Positions 44,758 to 54,353 of a DNA stretch of 64,000 nt are shown one piece after another. Location: positions 5,491-69,490 of the forward strand of contig JBKOVG010000150.1 in the NCBI GenBank assembly GCA_046723845.1. Direction: 5' to 3'. A program made the translations under genes and the position numbers. How positions within the stretch are numbered: the stretch's first letter is position 1; every line of letters starts with the position of its first letter. This DNA comes from Candidatus Methylomirabilota bacterium (GTDB lineage Bacteria > Methylomirabilota > Methylomirabilia > Rokubacteriales > CSP1-6). The notes beneath the pieces were generated by a model. It was not told the origin of the DNA and ran no database searches. It saw only the letters and a program-made list of their open reading frames with translations.

Positions 44758-46368
44758 TCAGTAGCCGAGGGCGGCGCCGTCGCTGCGTGGGTCCGAGCCC
44801 CCGATCCGGGCGCCCGTGGCCGGATCGATGGTGATGCCGTGCGCGTGGCCTGCCCGCTCTTCCCACGCCGGCCAGCGATGCACGAGATGACCGCGGCGCT
44901 CGAGCTCGGCGAGGGTGGCCGCGGGGAAGCGGGCCTCGATGTTGAGGAGGTCGCGCGGGTCGCCGAGGGCGAAGCGGCCGGCGAGCCAGCGCGGAGCGGC
45001 CACCGCCTCCTGCACGTCGAGGCCGTGATCGATCATCGCGGTGTAGGCCTGGAGGTGAATCTGCGGCTGGCCGTCCGCCCCCATGCAGCCGAAGACCTGC
45101 CAGAGGGCGTCGTGCTTGAAGGCGAGCGAGGCGATCAGGGTGTGGAGGGGAATCTTCCCGGGCTCGAGCCGGTTCGGATGCGCGGGATCGAGGGTGAAGT
45201 ACGCGCTCCGATTCTGAAGCACCACCCCGGTGCGGCCCGCCACCACCCCCGCGCCGTACACGCCGTACACGCTGTGGATGAGCGAAGCGGCGTTGCCTTC
45301 GGCGTCCACCGCACAGACGGCAACGGTGTCGCCCGCCAGGCTGCCGACCGGCGGCACGCGATCCCAGGGCAGCGCGCGCACGGGATCGAGTACGGCCCGT
45401 CGCTCGCTCGCGTACGCCTTGGACAGCAGCCTCGCCACCGGCACCTTGACGAAATCGGGATCGGCCAGGAGCTGATCGCGGTCGTGGAAGGCGATCTGCT
45501 TGGCCTGCACGAGGAGGTGCACGGCCTCCGGTCCCAGGCGATCGAGCCTGCTCAGCTCGTAGGGCTCGAGGAGGTTCAGCATCTGGAGCACGGAGAGGCC
45601 CTGCGTCGGCGGCGGCGTCTCGTAGATGGTGACGCCGTGATACGTCGTGGAGACCGGCTCGCCCCAGCGCGCGCGCTGCTCGCCCAGGTCCTGCTCGGTG
45701 AAGAAGCCGCCGTGCGCGCGGGAGTAGCGCGCCATCTCTCGCGCTGTCTCGCCCTCGTAGAAGCCGGCGCGGCCGAGGGCGCCGATGCCTTCGAGGGTGC
45801 GGGCGAGATCCGGGTTGCGCAGGTGCTGGCCGGACCGCGGGGCTTCGCCGCCGGGCAGGAAAATGGCCGCCGCCTCGGGGCACTCCGCGAGGACGCTCAG
45901 CGCCTCGCCCGTCCACCTCGCCAGGCGGTCCGTCACTGCGAAGCCGTCCCGCGCGCAGGCCACCGCGGGCGCGAGATCGCGAGCGAGGGAGAGCCGGCCG
46001 AGGGCCGCGTGCGCCTCGCACCAGCCATCGACGGCGCCGGGCGTGGTGAGGGTAGCGGGGATGATGCCGCGGCGGGGGATCTCCTGGAGGCCGCGGCGGC
46101 GGAACCACTCGAGCGTGCCCGAGGCGGCGGCGCGACCGCCCGCGTTCAAGAAGCGCACGACACGACGGCGCGCGTCCCAGATCACCCAGAACTGGTCGCC
46201 ACCGACGCTCGTCATATGCGGGTAGACGACGGAGAGGACGGCGCTTACCGCGATGGCGGCGTCCACCGCGGAGCCGCCCACCCCGAGCGCGTCGACTCCG
46301 GCCGCGGAGGCGAGAGCGTGGGGGGAGACGACCATGCCGTGCGCTGCCGTGGTCGCCGGCCGAACCAT
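44758..46368 (-). CDS. Gamma-glutamyltransferase (GGT) family protein with no signal peptide
   Basis: ATG at 46366-46368 (MVRPATTAAHGMVVSPHALAS…). The catalytic region contains …GDTVAVCAVDAEGNAASLIHSVYGVYGAG… The upstream in-frame extension is spurious. Confidence 0.75.
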   Translation of the reverse strand: MVRPATTAAHGMVVSPHALASAAGVDALGVGGSAVDAAIAVSAVLSVVYPHMTSVGGDQFWVIWDARRRVVRFLNAGGRAAASGTLEWFRRRGLQEIPRRGIIPATLTTPGAVDGWCEAHAALGRLSLARDLAPAVACARDGFAVTDRLARWTGEALSVLAECPEAAAIFLPGGEAPRSGQHLRNPDLARTLEGIGALGRAGFYEGETAREMARYSRAHGGFFTEQDLGEQRARWGEPVSTTYHGVTIYETPPPTQGLSVLQMLNLLEPYELSRLDRLGPEAVHLLVQAKQIAFHDRDQLLADPDFVKVPVARLLSKAYASERRAVLDPVRALPWDRVPPVGSLAGDTVAVCAVDAEGNAASLIHSVYGVYGAGVVAGRTGVVLQNRSAYFTLDPAHPNRLEPGKIPLHTLIASLAFKHDALWQVFGCMGADGQPQIHLQAYTAMIDHGLDVQEAVAAPRWLAGRFALGDPRDLLNIEARFPAATLAELERRGHLVHRWPAWEERAGHAHGITIDPATGARIGGSDPRSDGAALGY

Positions 46369-46459
46369 CTCCACGTCCGCCTCCTTGCGCGAGCGGCGTC
46401 GCGCGGGATCAAAGCCGGGGAAGTGTAGCACGCTGAGCCGCGGCCCCGATCGGACGAGG

Positions 46460-47233
46460 CTACCGGAGGCCGCGCACGACCAGCCAGAGGCCGAGGAGGC
46501 CCAGCACCACGAGGATGACGCGGTTGAACGTGCGCTGCTCGAGGCGTTCCTGCACGACGAGCCCGAGCCCGAAGCCCAGCAGCGCGACCAGGGCCAGCCC
46601 GAGAGAGACGCCGACGAGGGAGGGGGAGAGGAGGCCGTAGTAGAACACCGCGCCGAGCTGAACCAGCTTGTAGGCGACGAACGTGAAGGCGACGGACGCG
46701 ACGAACTCGTGCTTGCCGAGCCCCAGGGCGTGGAAGTAGATGACGAGGGGCGTTCCCGGCACGTTGGTGATCCCGCCCACGACTCCGGCCAGCAGGCCGG
46801 CCACCGGGGACAGCCACGGCTCCCAGCGCTTCGACACGTGCAGCGTAAGGCCGGTGGCATTCAGGGCCACGAAGCCGACGATGAAGAGGCCGAGGATCAG
46901 GGTCGCGGTGCGGGACGACAGGCCGACCAGGAGTCGAGTCCCGATGACGGTTCCCACCGCGCCGAACAGCAGCAGCACGGAGAATCGCCGGACGATGGCC
47001 ATGGGGGCGCCGCGCCGGACGAACTGGATGCTGTCCATCACGATGTTGGGCAGGATGAGGACGACCACGGCCGCCTTCACGTCCATCACGAGGCTCAGGA
47101 GCGGGGTGCCGAGGGTGGGGAAGCCGAAGCCGATGGCGCCCTTGAGGAGGGCCGCCAGCAGGACGATGCCGCCCGCGAGGATCGCGCTCAGGACAGGAGC
47201 CGTCAGCGCGTCAAGCGCCGAAGAACCGCCCAC
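46460..47233 (-). CDS. TauE/SafE family sulfite-exporter-like membrane protein
   Basis: Eight TM segments with the duplicated …GAIGFGFPTLGTPLL… / …GVVGGITNVPGTPLVIYF… halves. Confidence 0.7.
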   Translation of the reverse strand: MGGSSALDALTAPVLSAILAGGIVLLAALLKGAIGFGFPTLGTPLLSLVMDVKAAVVVLILPNIVMDSIQFVRRGAPMAIVRRFSVLLLFGAVGTVIGTRLLVGLSSRTATLILGLFIVGFVALNATGLTLHVSKRWEPWLSPVAGLLAGVVGGITNVPGTPLVIYFHALGLGKHEFVASVAFTFVAYKLVQLGAVFYYGLLSPSLVGVSLGLALVALLGFGLGLVVQERLEQRTFNRVILVVLGLLGLWLVVRGLR

Positions 47234-47385
47234 ATCTTGCGGTTGGCATCCACGAGGATGGTGCCCGGGCTACGAGCGAACGCGGTCATCGTGGGAAAGC
47301 GCGATCTCGTGATTGCCCGGGTCGAGGGCGGCCCACGCCGCCGGCGCGTGAAGCAGCGCCAGGACGAGGGCGACGGTCGGAAGCC

Positions 47386-47895
47386 TCAGAGGGTGCGCTC
47401 CATCCAGATGTCGGCGCGGCGGTTGTCGTTGTAGGGCGCGATCTCGCGGAAGCCGTTGGCGCGATAGAGACGCACGGCGGCGGCCAGCTTGGTCTGGCTA
47501 TCGAGACGGAGGGCGCGGCAGCCGAGACTCCGTGCCTCGGCGAGGCTCGCGTCGAGCAGACGGCGGCCGAGCCCCTGGCCCTGACAGACGGGACGGAGCC
47601 ACATCCGCTTGAGCTCGCCTACCCCGGCCTCGAGCACGCGCACGGCGGCCGTGCCCACGACCTCTCCCGCCGCATCCAGCACGAGGAGCAGCACGCCGCT
47701 CCGTCCGTCGTACTCCGCCCGCCAGTGGGCGATGTCGTGATCGAGCCCGTCAGGCTCGAGGCTGTCGCCGATGTAGGCCAGGTACTCCGCGAGCTCCCGC
47801 GCCACGGCGGGATGATCCTCCGGCCGCGCGCGCCTGATGGTAAAGCCGCCCGTCAGGCCCTCTTGCGGGCGTGCGAGGCGAGGCCGCGCTCCCAC
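47386..47895 (-). CDS. GNAT family N-acetyltransferase. The start is uncertain (GTG 47893-47895 proposed); it overlaps the adenosyltransferase gene.
   Basis: …TIRRARPEDHPAVARELAEYL…LKRMWLRPVCQGQGLGRRLLDASLAEAR…. Confidence 0.55.
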   Translation of the reverse strand: MGARPRLARPQEGLTGGFTIRRARPEDHPAVARELAEYLAYIGDSLEPDGLDHDIAHWRAEYDGRSGVLLLVLDAAGEVVGTAAVRVLEAGVGELKRMWLRPVCQGQGLGRRLLDASLAEARSLGCRALRLDSQTKLAAAVRLYRANGFREIAPYNDNRRADIWMERTL

Positions 47896-48464
47896 AGGTA
47901 CTCCGTCTCCCGGCCCTTCTTGGCGACCCAGCGCGAGAGCACGAAGAGCAGGTCGCTCAGGCGATTGACGTAGGTCAGCGGCCAAGGGCTCACTGTCTCC
48001 GCGCGCGAGAGGGCGAGGATGCGGCGCTCCGCGCGGCGGCACACCGTGCGTGCCTGGTGCAGGTAGCCGGCCACGCGTCCGCCCCCCGGCAGCACGAAGG
48101 ACTTGAGCGGCGCCAGGTCCTTCTGGCACTGATCCATGAGCGCCTCGAGCGCCTTGACCTCGCTCTCCCCGATCCGGTGCATGCCCTCGTACACCGCGTC
48201 CTCCGGCGTGGCCAGCTCGGAGCCCAGATCGAAGAGCTCGTTCTGGAGCTGACGGAACACGCCGTCCAGCCAGCGGGACGCCTTGCCCTTGCTGAGGCGC
48301 TCCGCGTTGAAGACGCGGGCGAGGCCGATGATCGAGTTGAGCTCGTCGATGGTCCCGTAGGCCTCGATGCGCGGGGAGTCCTTGGGGACACGGCGGCCTC
48401 CCACCAGCGCGGTCTCGCCCCCGTCACCGGTGCGCGTGTAGATGCGGGTGAGACGAATGGGCAT
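47853..48464 (-). CDS. PduO-type ATP:cob(I)alamin adenosyltransferase
   Basis: ATG at 48462-48464 with an AGGAGG Shine-Dalgarno. MPIRLTRIYTRTGDGGETAL…. Confidence 0.8.
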   Translation of the reverse strand: MPIRLTRIYTRTGDGGETALVGGRRVPKDSPRIEAYGTIDELNSIIGLARVFNAERLSKGKASRWLDGVFRQLQNELFDLGSELATPEDAVYEGMHRIGESEVKALEALMDQCQKDLAPLKSFVLPGGGRVAGYLHQARTVCRRAERRILALSRAETVSPWPLTYVNRLSDLLFVLSRWVAKKGRETEYLWERGLASHARKRA

Positions 48465-48511
48465 GGAGAGCTCCTCCTGCGACGAGGCTAGCACACTGGT
48501 ACACTCGAGGC

Positions 48512-48922
48512 ATGAGCGACTGGCAGGCCAACCTGATCGACGACGACGCGGGGCTCGCCGCCATCCTCCAGGAGACGAAGCGCATCGCCGTCCTCGGCAT
48601 GAAGACCGAGGCGCAGGCCGGACAGCCCGCCTTCTACGTGCCGCGTTACATGGCAGACGCGGGCTACGAGATCGTGCCCGTCCCCGTCTACTATCCCGAA
48701 GTCTACGAGATCCTGGGCGAGCCCGTCTACCGCAAGCTCGCCGAGATCCCGGATCCCGTGGACATGGTCAACGTGTTCCGCCGGGCGCATCACATCCCCC
48801 CGCATCTGCCCGACATCCTCGCCGTCCAGCCGCGCGTGGTCTGGATGCAGCTCGGCATCGGCCACGACGAGGTCGCCGAAGCGCTCGCCCGCGCCGGGAT
48901 CAAGGTGGTGCAGGACCGCTGA
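48512..48922 (+). CDS. CoA-binding domain protein (YccU-like)
   Basis: …RIAVLGMKTEAQAGQPAFYVPRYM…VDMVNVFRR…. Confidence 0.7.
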   Translation: MSDWQANLIDDDAGLAAILQETKRIAVLGMKTEAQAGQPAFYVPRYMADAGYEIVPVPVYYPEVYEILGEPVYRKLAEIPDPVDMVNVFRRAHHIPPHLPDILAVQPRVVWMQLGIGHDEVAEALARAGIKVVQDR

Positions 48923-49195
48923 CTCATGGTCGACCACCGCCGGCTCCGGCGGTCAGGGGGAAGATAAGGGCCCATCTGCTTCGTTGGCGCCCTCGGCTGC
49001 GCGCTCAACGATGACGACGCCGTGCGCACGCTCGGGCTCGCTCATCGGGAGATCGCAGAACGCCCCGCTCGACCCAATAGAAGCGGCTACCCGGCTCCTG
49101 ATCGCAGGCGAGATCCGCGTCCGCAGGCTGCGCGACCGTCAGCGGCCCGAGCGACACCAGGCCGGCCAGCAGAGCGAGCGCGATGCCGCGACGGC

Positions 49196-50086
49196 TCAAG
49201 AGAGGTGCGGCAACACCTTGGTGGCGAAGAGCTGAGTGCCGTCCGGGCGGGGCGCGTCCGCGAAGTTGACCGTGAGGCGACGGGCACCGCGTGTGAGGAT
49301 GGCGCGAAGGCCGTCCGTGACCTGCGCCGGCGTGCCCGCGAGGCGAATGTCGCTCATGGGCCGGATGCCCGGCTGGTCCTTCATCCGCTCTACTTCGGCC
49401 TCGGTCTCCGCGACCAGAATACCCACGCGGACGACCTGGACGATCTGGTCGTAGTCGCGCCCAACGTCCTTGCAGTGCCCCTTGAGCACCTCCTGCTTGT
49501 GGGCGTAGGTGGCAAGATCGCGGAAGCTGTAGTTCCACCAGTCAGCGTGCTTCGCGACGGCGCGCAGCAGGTACTTCTCGCCGTGACCGCCCACCACCAC
49601 GGGCGGGATGGGATTGGGTCGCGGCTCGCAGTAGGCGCCGGTGATCTGGTAGTGCTCGCCCTTGTAGGTCGCGGGTGCGCTCGTCCACATGAGGCGGATC
49701 AGCTCGATGGCCTCGCTCATCTGCGCGATGCGCACGGGAGTGGGCGGGAACGGCCAGCCGTAGGCGCGATACTCCTCCTCGTTCCAGCCCGCCCCGATGC
49801 CGAGGATGACGCGTCCGCCCGACAGCGCCTGCGCGGTGGCCACCATCTTGGCCAGGTGCGCGGGGTTGCGGAAGCTGTTGCAGAGCACCTCGTGGGTGCC
49901 GAGCTTGTCGGGATAGCGCGAGAGCGCGAAGGCGAGGAGGGTCCACCCCTCGGCGACCTTGTTCGCGCCATACTGCACGTGATCGGGGAACCAGAGCGAC
50001 TCGAAGGGCGCCACCGTCTGGTCGAGATATGGAAACAGCTCCTCGACGAGCCGGGACCACACGTTGAGACCGACGGGCACGGGCAT
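49196..50086 (-). CDS. LLM-class flavin/F420-dependent oxidoreductase
   Basis: …RVILGIGAGWNEEEYRAYGWPF…. Confidence 0.7.
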   Translation of the reverse strand: MPVPVGLNVWSRLVEELFPYLDQTVAPFESLWFPDHVQYGANKVAEGWTLLAFALSRYPDKLGTHEVLCNSFRNPAHLAKMVATAQALSGGRVILGIGAGWNEEEYRAYGWPFPPTPVRIAQMSEAIELIRLMWTSAPATYKGEHYQITGAYCEPRPNPIPPVVVGGHGEKYLLRAVAKHADWWNYSFRDLATYAHKQEVLKGHCKDVGRDYDQIVQVVRVGILVAETEAEVERMKDQPGIRPMSDIRLAGTPAQVTDGLRAILTRGARRLTVNFADAPRPDGTQLFATKVLPHLS

Positions 50087-50095
50087 GGCCGCTCC

Positions 50096-51061
50096 TCAGA
50101 ACCAGCGGGGCTTGTCGACGACGTTGCGCAGGGGCTGCCCACCCAGGAAGCGGCGGCTGTTCTCGAGGAGGATCTCGTAGCGGCGATCGTCGAGATAGGG
50201 GCCGAAGCCCGCGGTGTGCGGGGTGATGAGGACGCCGGGCATGGTCCACAGCGGATGGTCGGCGGAGAGCGGCTCGCGCTCGAAGACGTCGAGGCCGGCC
50301 CCCGCGATCTCGCCGGCCTGGATGGCGGCGGCGAGGTCGTCGAGCCGGGTGGTCATGCCACGGCCGATGTTGATGAAGAACGCCGTGCGCTTCATCCGCT
50401 GGAAGCGGGCGCGATGCATGAAGCCCTCGGTCTCCGGCGTGTGCGGCACGGTGAGAATCACGAAGTCGGCGCGCGGCAGGAGGGCGTCGAGCGCGTCGGG
50501 GCGATGCAGCTCGGCTACCCCGGGCGGCGCCTCCGCGCGCCGGGCGTCCACGCCGATCACGCGCATCCCGAAGGCGGCGGCGAGACGGGCCGCCTCCGCG
50601 CCGATGCCGCCCACGCCCACGATGAGGGCGGTTGCCTCGGGTAGGTGGATCACGCCCGTGTCGAGGGGATCGGGCCGCCACTCGCGCCGGAGTTGCCGCG
50701 CCAGGTAGTGATGCAGGCCGCGCGCGAAGGCGAGGACGAAGGCCATGATGTGCGCGCCGATGTGGTCGTTGTAGATCTCGCGGAAGTTGGTCACGACCAC
50801 CGGATGCTCGATGAGCTCGCGGTAGTACCAGCCGGCGGGCGGGGCGGCCTGGGGGGCCTGGAGCCAGCGAAGCCGAGCGGCGCGGGCGAGCACGGCGCGC
50901 GACGGCGTCCCGTAGGCGGCCTCGGCGTCGGCGATGACCCGCTCGGCCTCCCCATCGTTCTCGGCCACGATGACGGACAGCTCGGGCTCCGCGGTGGCGA
51001 GGCGCTTCGCCCACTGGCGAGTGGTCGGCGTCTGCGGCGGCAACATGACGAGGGTGGGCAT
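50096..51061 (-). CDS. D-isomer-specific 2-hydroxyacid dehydrogenase (NAD-binding)
   Basis: ATG at 51059-51061 (MPTLVMLPPQ…). Rossmann motif GVGGIGAEAARLAAAFGMRV and …INIGRG…HPLW…ITPH. The upstream in-frame extension is spurious. Confidence 0.75.
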   Translation of the reverse strand: MPTLVMLPPQTPTTRQWAKRLATAEPELSVIVAENDGEAERVIADAEAAYGTPSRAVLARAARLRWLQAPQAAPPAGWYYRELIEHPVVVTNFREIYNDHIGAHIMAFVLAFARGLHHYLARQLRREWRPDPLDTGVIHLPEATALIVGVGGIGAEAARLAAAFGMRVIGVDARRAEAPPGVAELHRPDALDALLPRADFVILTVPHTPETEGFMHRARFQRMKRTAFFINIGRGMTTRLDDLAAAIQAGEIAGAGLDVFEREPLSADHPLWTMPGVLITPHTAGFGPYLDDRRYEILLENSRRFLGGQPLRNVVDKPRWF

Positions 51062-51269
51062 GGCCCTCGACATTACGCGATCGCCTGTGGTTCGGCAACG
51101 CCGTGTTGCCGTCGCGACCGGGAGCCACTGGTCGGTTGCCGGCAGCAGTACAATCCGGCTCACTACGATACGTCGCTGTAACGGAGTCAGGCGTTGCGCA
51201 TCTCAAGCGAAAGGGCCTCCGATGCCGAGGCTGCCCACTCCCATGGTGCTCTAACGGAAGGAGGGCGCA

Positions 51270-53015
51270 GTGACCACGGTTGCCGAGCAGCTCATCCACG
51301 TCCTCCGCCAGGCCGGCGTCACCCGTGTGTACGGCGTGGTCGGCGACAGCCTGAACCCGTTCGTCGACGCGATACGCCGCACCGAGGGGATCGTCTGGAT
51401 CCACGTCCGCAACGAGGAGGCGGGCGCCTTCGCCGCCGCCGCCGAGGCGCAGCTCACGGGCCGGCTCGCCGTATGCGCAGGCAGCTGCGGGCCAGGGAAT
51501 ACTCATCTCATCCAAGGGCTGTACGACGCGCACCGAAGCGGCGCCCCGGTCCTCGCCATCGCCTCGCACATCCCCACCGCGCAGATCGGTACCTCGTTCT
51601 TCCAGGAGACGCACCCCGAGCGGCTGTTCGTCGAGTGCAGCCACTACTGCGAGCTCGTGAGCCAGGCGTCCCAGATGCCTCGGCTCGCCCGCGTGGCGAT
51701 CCAGCACGCGATCGGACGTGGCGGGGTCGCCGTGCTCGTCACGCCGGGCGACATCCTCAACCGGTCCGCGGAGCACCCGACGGGCGAGCACGCGCCGGTG
51801 ACCGAGCGAGGGACGATGATGCCGCCGGATCAGCAGGTGCACGAGCTGGCCGACCGGCTCAACGCCGCCCGCACCGTGACGCTCTTCTGCGGCGCCGGTG
51901 TCCGCGGCGCCCACGACGAGGTGATGGCACTCGCCGGCAAGCTGGCGAGCCCCGTCGGGCACACCCTGCGGGGCAAGGAGTGGATCCAGTACGACAACCC
52001 CTACGACGTCGGGATGAGCGGGCTGCTGGGCTACGGCGCCTGCTACGACGCGACCCACGAGGCCGAACTGCTGGTCCTGCTCGGCACCGACTTCCCCTAC
52101 GACGCGTTTCTGCCCCAGTGCCACACCGTGCAGGTCGATCACGATCTCGCCCGCCTCGGACGGCGGACGCCGCTGGATCTCGCCGTGCACGGCGACGTCG
52201 CCGCGACGCTGCGCGCCGTACTGCCGCGACTCGAGCAGAAGCAGGACCGGTCGTTCCTCGACGAGATGCTGCGCAAGCATGCGCGGGCGCTCGAGAACGT
52301 CGTCGACGCCTATACCCGACAGATCGAGGATCACGTCCCCAGTCATCCCGAGTACGCGGCGACCCTCCTCGACGAGGCGGCTGCCGATGACGCCGTCTTC
52401 ACCGTCGACACCGGGATGTGCAACGTGTGGGCGGCGCGCTACATCACCCCGAACGGCCGGCGCCGCGTCATCGGGTCGTTCCTTCACGGGACGATGGCCA
52501 ACGCGCTGCCGCACGCCATCGGGGCCCAGCTCGCGTACCCGGGGCGCCAGGTGATCTCGATGTCGGGCGACGGCGGCCTCGGGATGCTGCTCGGTGAACT
52601 GCTCACGGTCGCCCTCCACCGGCTGCCCGTGAAGATCGTCACCTTCAACAACTCGTCGCTCGGCATGGTGAAGCTGGAGATGCTCGTCTCGGGGTTCCCG
52701 GACTTCGAGACCGATCATGAGAGCGTGGACTACGCCGCGATCGCCAAGGCCGCCGGCATCCACGCCGTTCGCATCGAGCACCCGAGGGACATCCGGGCTG
52801 GACTCGAGGAGGCGCTCACCCATCCGGGGCCGGCCCTCGTCGATCTCGTCACCGACCCGAACGCGCTCTCCCTCCCCCCGCACATCAGCGCCACCGAGAT
52901 GGCGGGCTTCGCGCTGGCGGCGACGAAGGTCGTGCTGAGCGGCGGGGTGGGCCGGATGCTCCAGATGGCACGGTCGAACCTGCGCAACATCCCGGGCGCG
53001 GCACGGCTGCGCTGA
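51270..53015 (+). CDS. Thiamine-diphosphate-dependent enzyme, pyruvate oxidase/dehydrogenase (PoxB)-like
   Basis: GTG start. N-terminal TPP pyrimidine-binding domain (…VYGVVGDSLNPF…) and C-terminal TPP-binding motif GDGGLGMLLGEL…. Confidence 0.75.
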   Translation: MTTVAEQLIHVLRQAGVTRVYGVVGDSLNPFVDAIRRTEGIVWIHVRNEEAGAFAAAAEAQLTGRLAVCAGSCGPGNTHLIQGLYDAHRSGAPVLAIASHIPTAQIGTSFFQETHPERLFVECSHYCELVSQASQMPRLARVAIQHAIGRGGVAVLVTPGDILNRSAEHPTGEHAPVTERGTMMPPDQQVHELADRLNAARTVTLFCGAGVRGAHDEVMALAGKLASPVGHTLRGKEWIQYDNPYDVGMSGLLGYGACYDATHEAELLVLLGTDFPYDAFLPQCHTVQVDHDLARLGRRTPLDLAVHGDVAATLRAVLPRLEQKQDRSFLDEMLRKHARALENVVDAYTRQIEDHVPSHPEYAATLLDEAAADDAVFTVDTGMCNVWAARYITPNGRRRVIGSFLHGTMANALPHAIGAQLAYPGRQVISMSGDGGLGMLLGELLTVALHRLPVKIVTFNNSSLGMVKLEMLVSGFPDFETDHESVDYAAIAKAAGIHAVRIEHPRDIRAGLEEALTHPGPALVDLVTDPNALSLPPHISATEMAGFALAATKVVLSGGVGRMLQMARSNLRNIPGAARLR

Positions 53016-53030
53016 GAAAGGACTACGACC

Positions 53031-53285
53031 ATGACAGCACACGGCGACCTCCCGCGCGGCATGGACCTGCTCACCCGCCAGGGTCTGAACAAGGGCACGG
53101 CCTTCACGGACGCGGAACGGACGGCGCTCGGCCTGCACGGACTGCTGCCGCCTCACGTCGAGACACTCGATCAGCAAGCGGTGCGCGCGTACGAAGCGTA
53201 CCAGCGGAAGAACGATGACCTCGAGCGCCACATCTATCTGCGCGCGCCGCGCCTACGAGTGGCATGGCGCGGTAGCCGGCTGTAG
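53031..53285 (+). pseudogene. Malic enzyme N-terminal remnant (~65 aa of homology, then divergence and a stop). The body of the gene is absent.
   Basis: GMDLLTRQGLNKGTAFTDAERTALGLHGLLPPHVETLDQQAVRAYEAYQ…HIYLR matches the conserved malic-enzyme N-terminus through the HIYLR motif. After HIYLR comes APRLRVAWRGSRL and a stop. A malic enzyme would need roughly 500 more residues. Confidence 0.6.
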
Positions 53286-53450
53286 CAGCGCACCCTTTGC
53301 CATGGTGTGTTGGCCCTGCCCGACTGCTGGCTTGGGTGGTGTACGGCGCAGCTGTCAAGATCCCAGACGGCTTGACTCGCCGCCGCGGCCACCCTAGGCT
53401 CTGGGATCGAGGCCGCCCGTCACGCGGCCCGCCCCAGGGAGGACGCGTCC

Positions 53451-54344
53451 ATGGCGCTCACATTCCGCAAGCTGCATCCGCTGTTCGTCGGCGAGGTCAG
53501 CCCTGTCGATCTCCGGCGGGTGCACGACGAGGACACCCTCGCCCGCATCCGCGCCGGCATGGACGAGTTCGCCGTCCTCGTCTTCCGCGATCAGCCCTTC
53601 GACGACCACGAGCATCTCGAGTTCGCCCAGCGCCTCGACGGCGTCCTCCACACCAAGCTCGGCATCAGCGCGCTCCAGAAGAACCGGCTCGGCAACGAGG
53701 CCCTCGGCGACATCTCGAACCTCGACGAGAACGGCGAGATCATGAAGTCCGACCATCGCCGCCGCATGTATTCCCTCGGCAACCGGCTCTGGCATACCGA
53801 CGCGTCCTTCCAGGACCCCGCGGGGCGCTACTCCATGCTCTCCGCCAAGGTGGTGCCGCCCGTGCCCGCGGACACCGAGTACGCCGACATGCGCGCGGCG
53901 TACGACGCCCTCCCCGCGGAGATGAAGGCGCGCTGCGAGGGGCTGCGCGTGCACCACTCCATCGCTTACTCCCGGCAGACCCTGGGCTTCGACTTCTCGG
54001 AGAGCGAGCAGGACGCCCTCAAGGGCGCCATCCATCCGTTGATTCGCACCATTCCGCGCTCGAAGCGGCGCTCGCTCTATGTCGCCTCCCACGCCTCCCG
54101 CATCATCGACTGGCCGGTGCCGGAAGGCCGGCTCTTCCTGCGCGAGCTGATCGAGCACGCGACGCAGCGCCAGTTCGTCTATCGGCACGAGTGGCGGGTC
54201 GGCGACCTGGTGATCTGGGACAACCGCGCCACCATGCATCGCGCACTGCCTTTCGACGACACGCGGTACAAGCGCGAGCTCCGGCGGGTCACCACCCTCG
54301 ACGTCCCCGAGCCCGCCGCCGTCGCGGTCTCCGGCAGGTCCTGA
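53451..54344 (+). CDS. TauD/TfdA family Fe(II)/2-oxoglutarate dioxygenase (the second in this window)
   Basis: AGGGAGG Shine-Dalgarno. …WHTDASFQDPAGRYS…WDNRATMHRALPF…. Confidence 0.8.
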   Translation: MALTFRKLHPLFVGEVSPVDLRRVHDEDTLARIRAGMDEFAVLVFRDQPFDDHEHLEFAQRLDGVLHTKLGISALQKNRLGNEALGDISNLDENGEIMKSDHRRRMYSLGNRLWHTDASFQDPAGRYSMLSAKVVPPVPADTEYADMRAAYDALPAEMKARCEGLRVHHSIAYSRQTLGFDFSESEQDALKGAIHPLIRTIPRSKRRSLYVASHASRIIDWPVPEGRLFLRELIEHATQRQFVYRHEWRVGDLVIWDNRATMHRALPFDDTRYKRELRRVTTLDVPEPAAVAVSGRS

Positions 54345-54353
54345 GACGGGCGC

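Noticed and set aside
49542-53231. 1229-aa ORF on the minus strand
   Set aside because: It is antisense to the well-supported 2-hydroxyacid dehydrogenase and PoxB-like genes. The translation is dominated by R/G/A/P.
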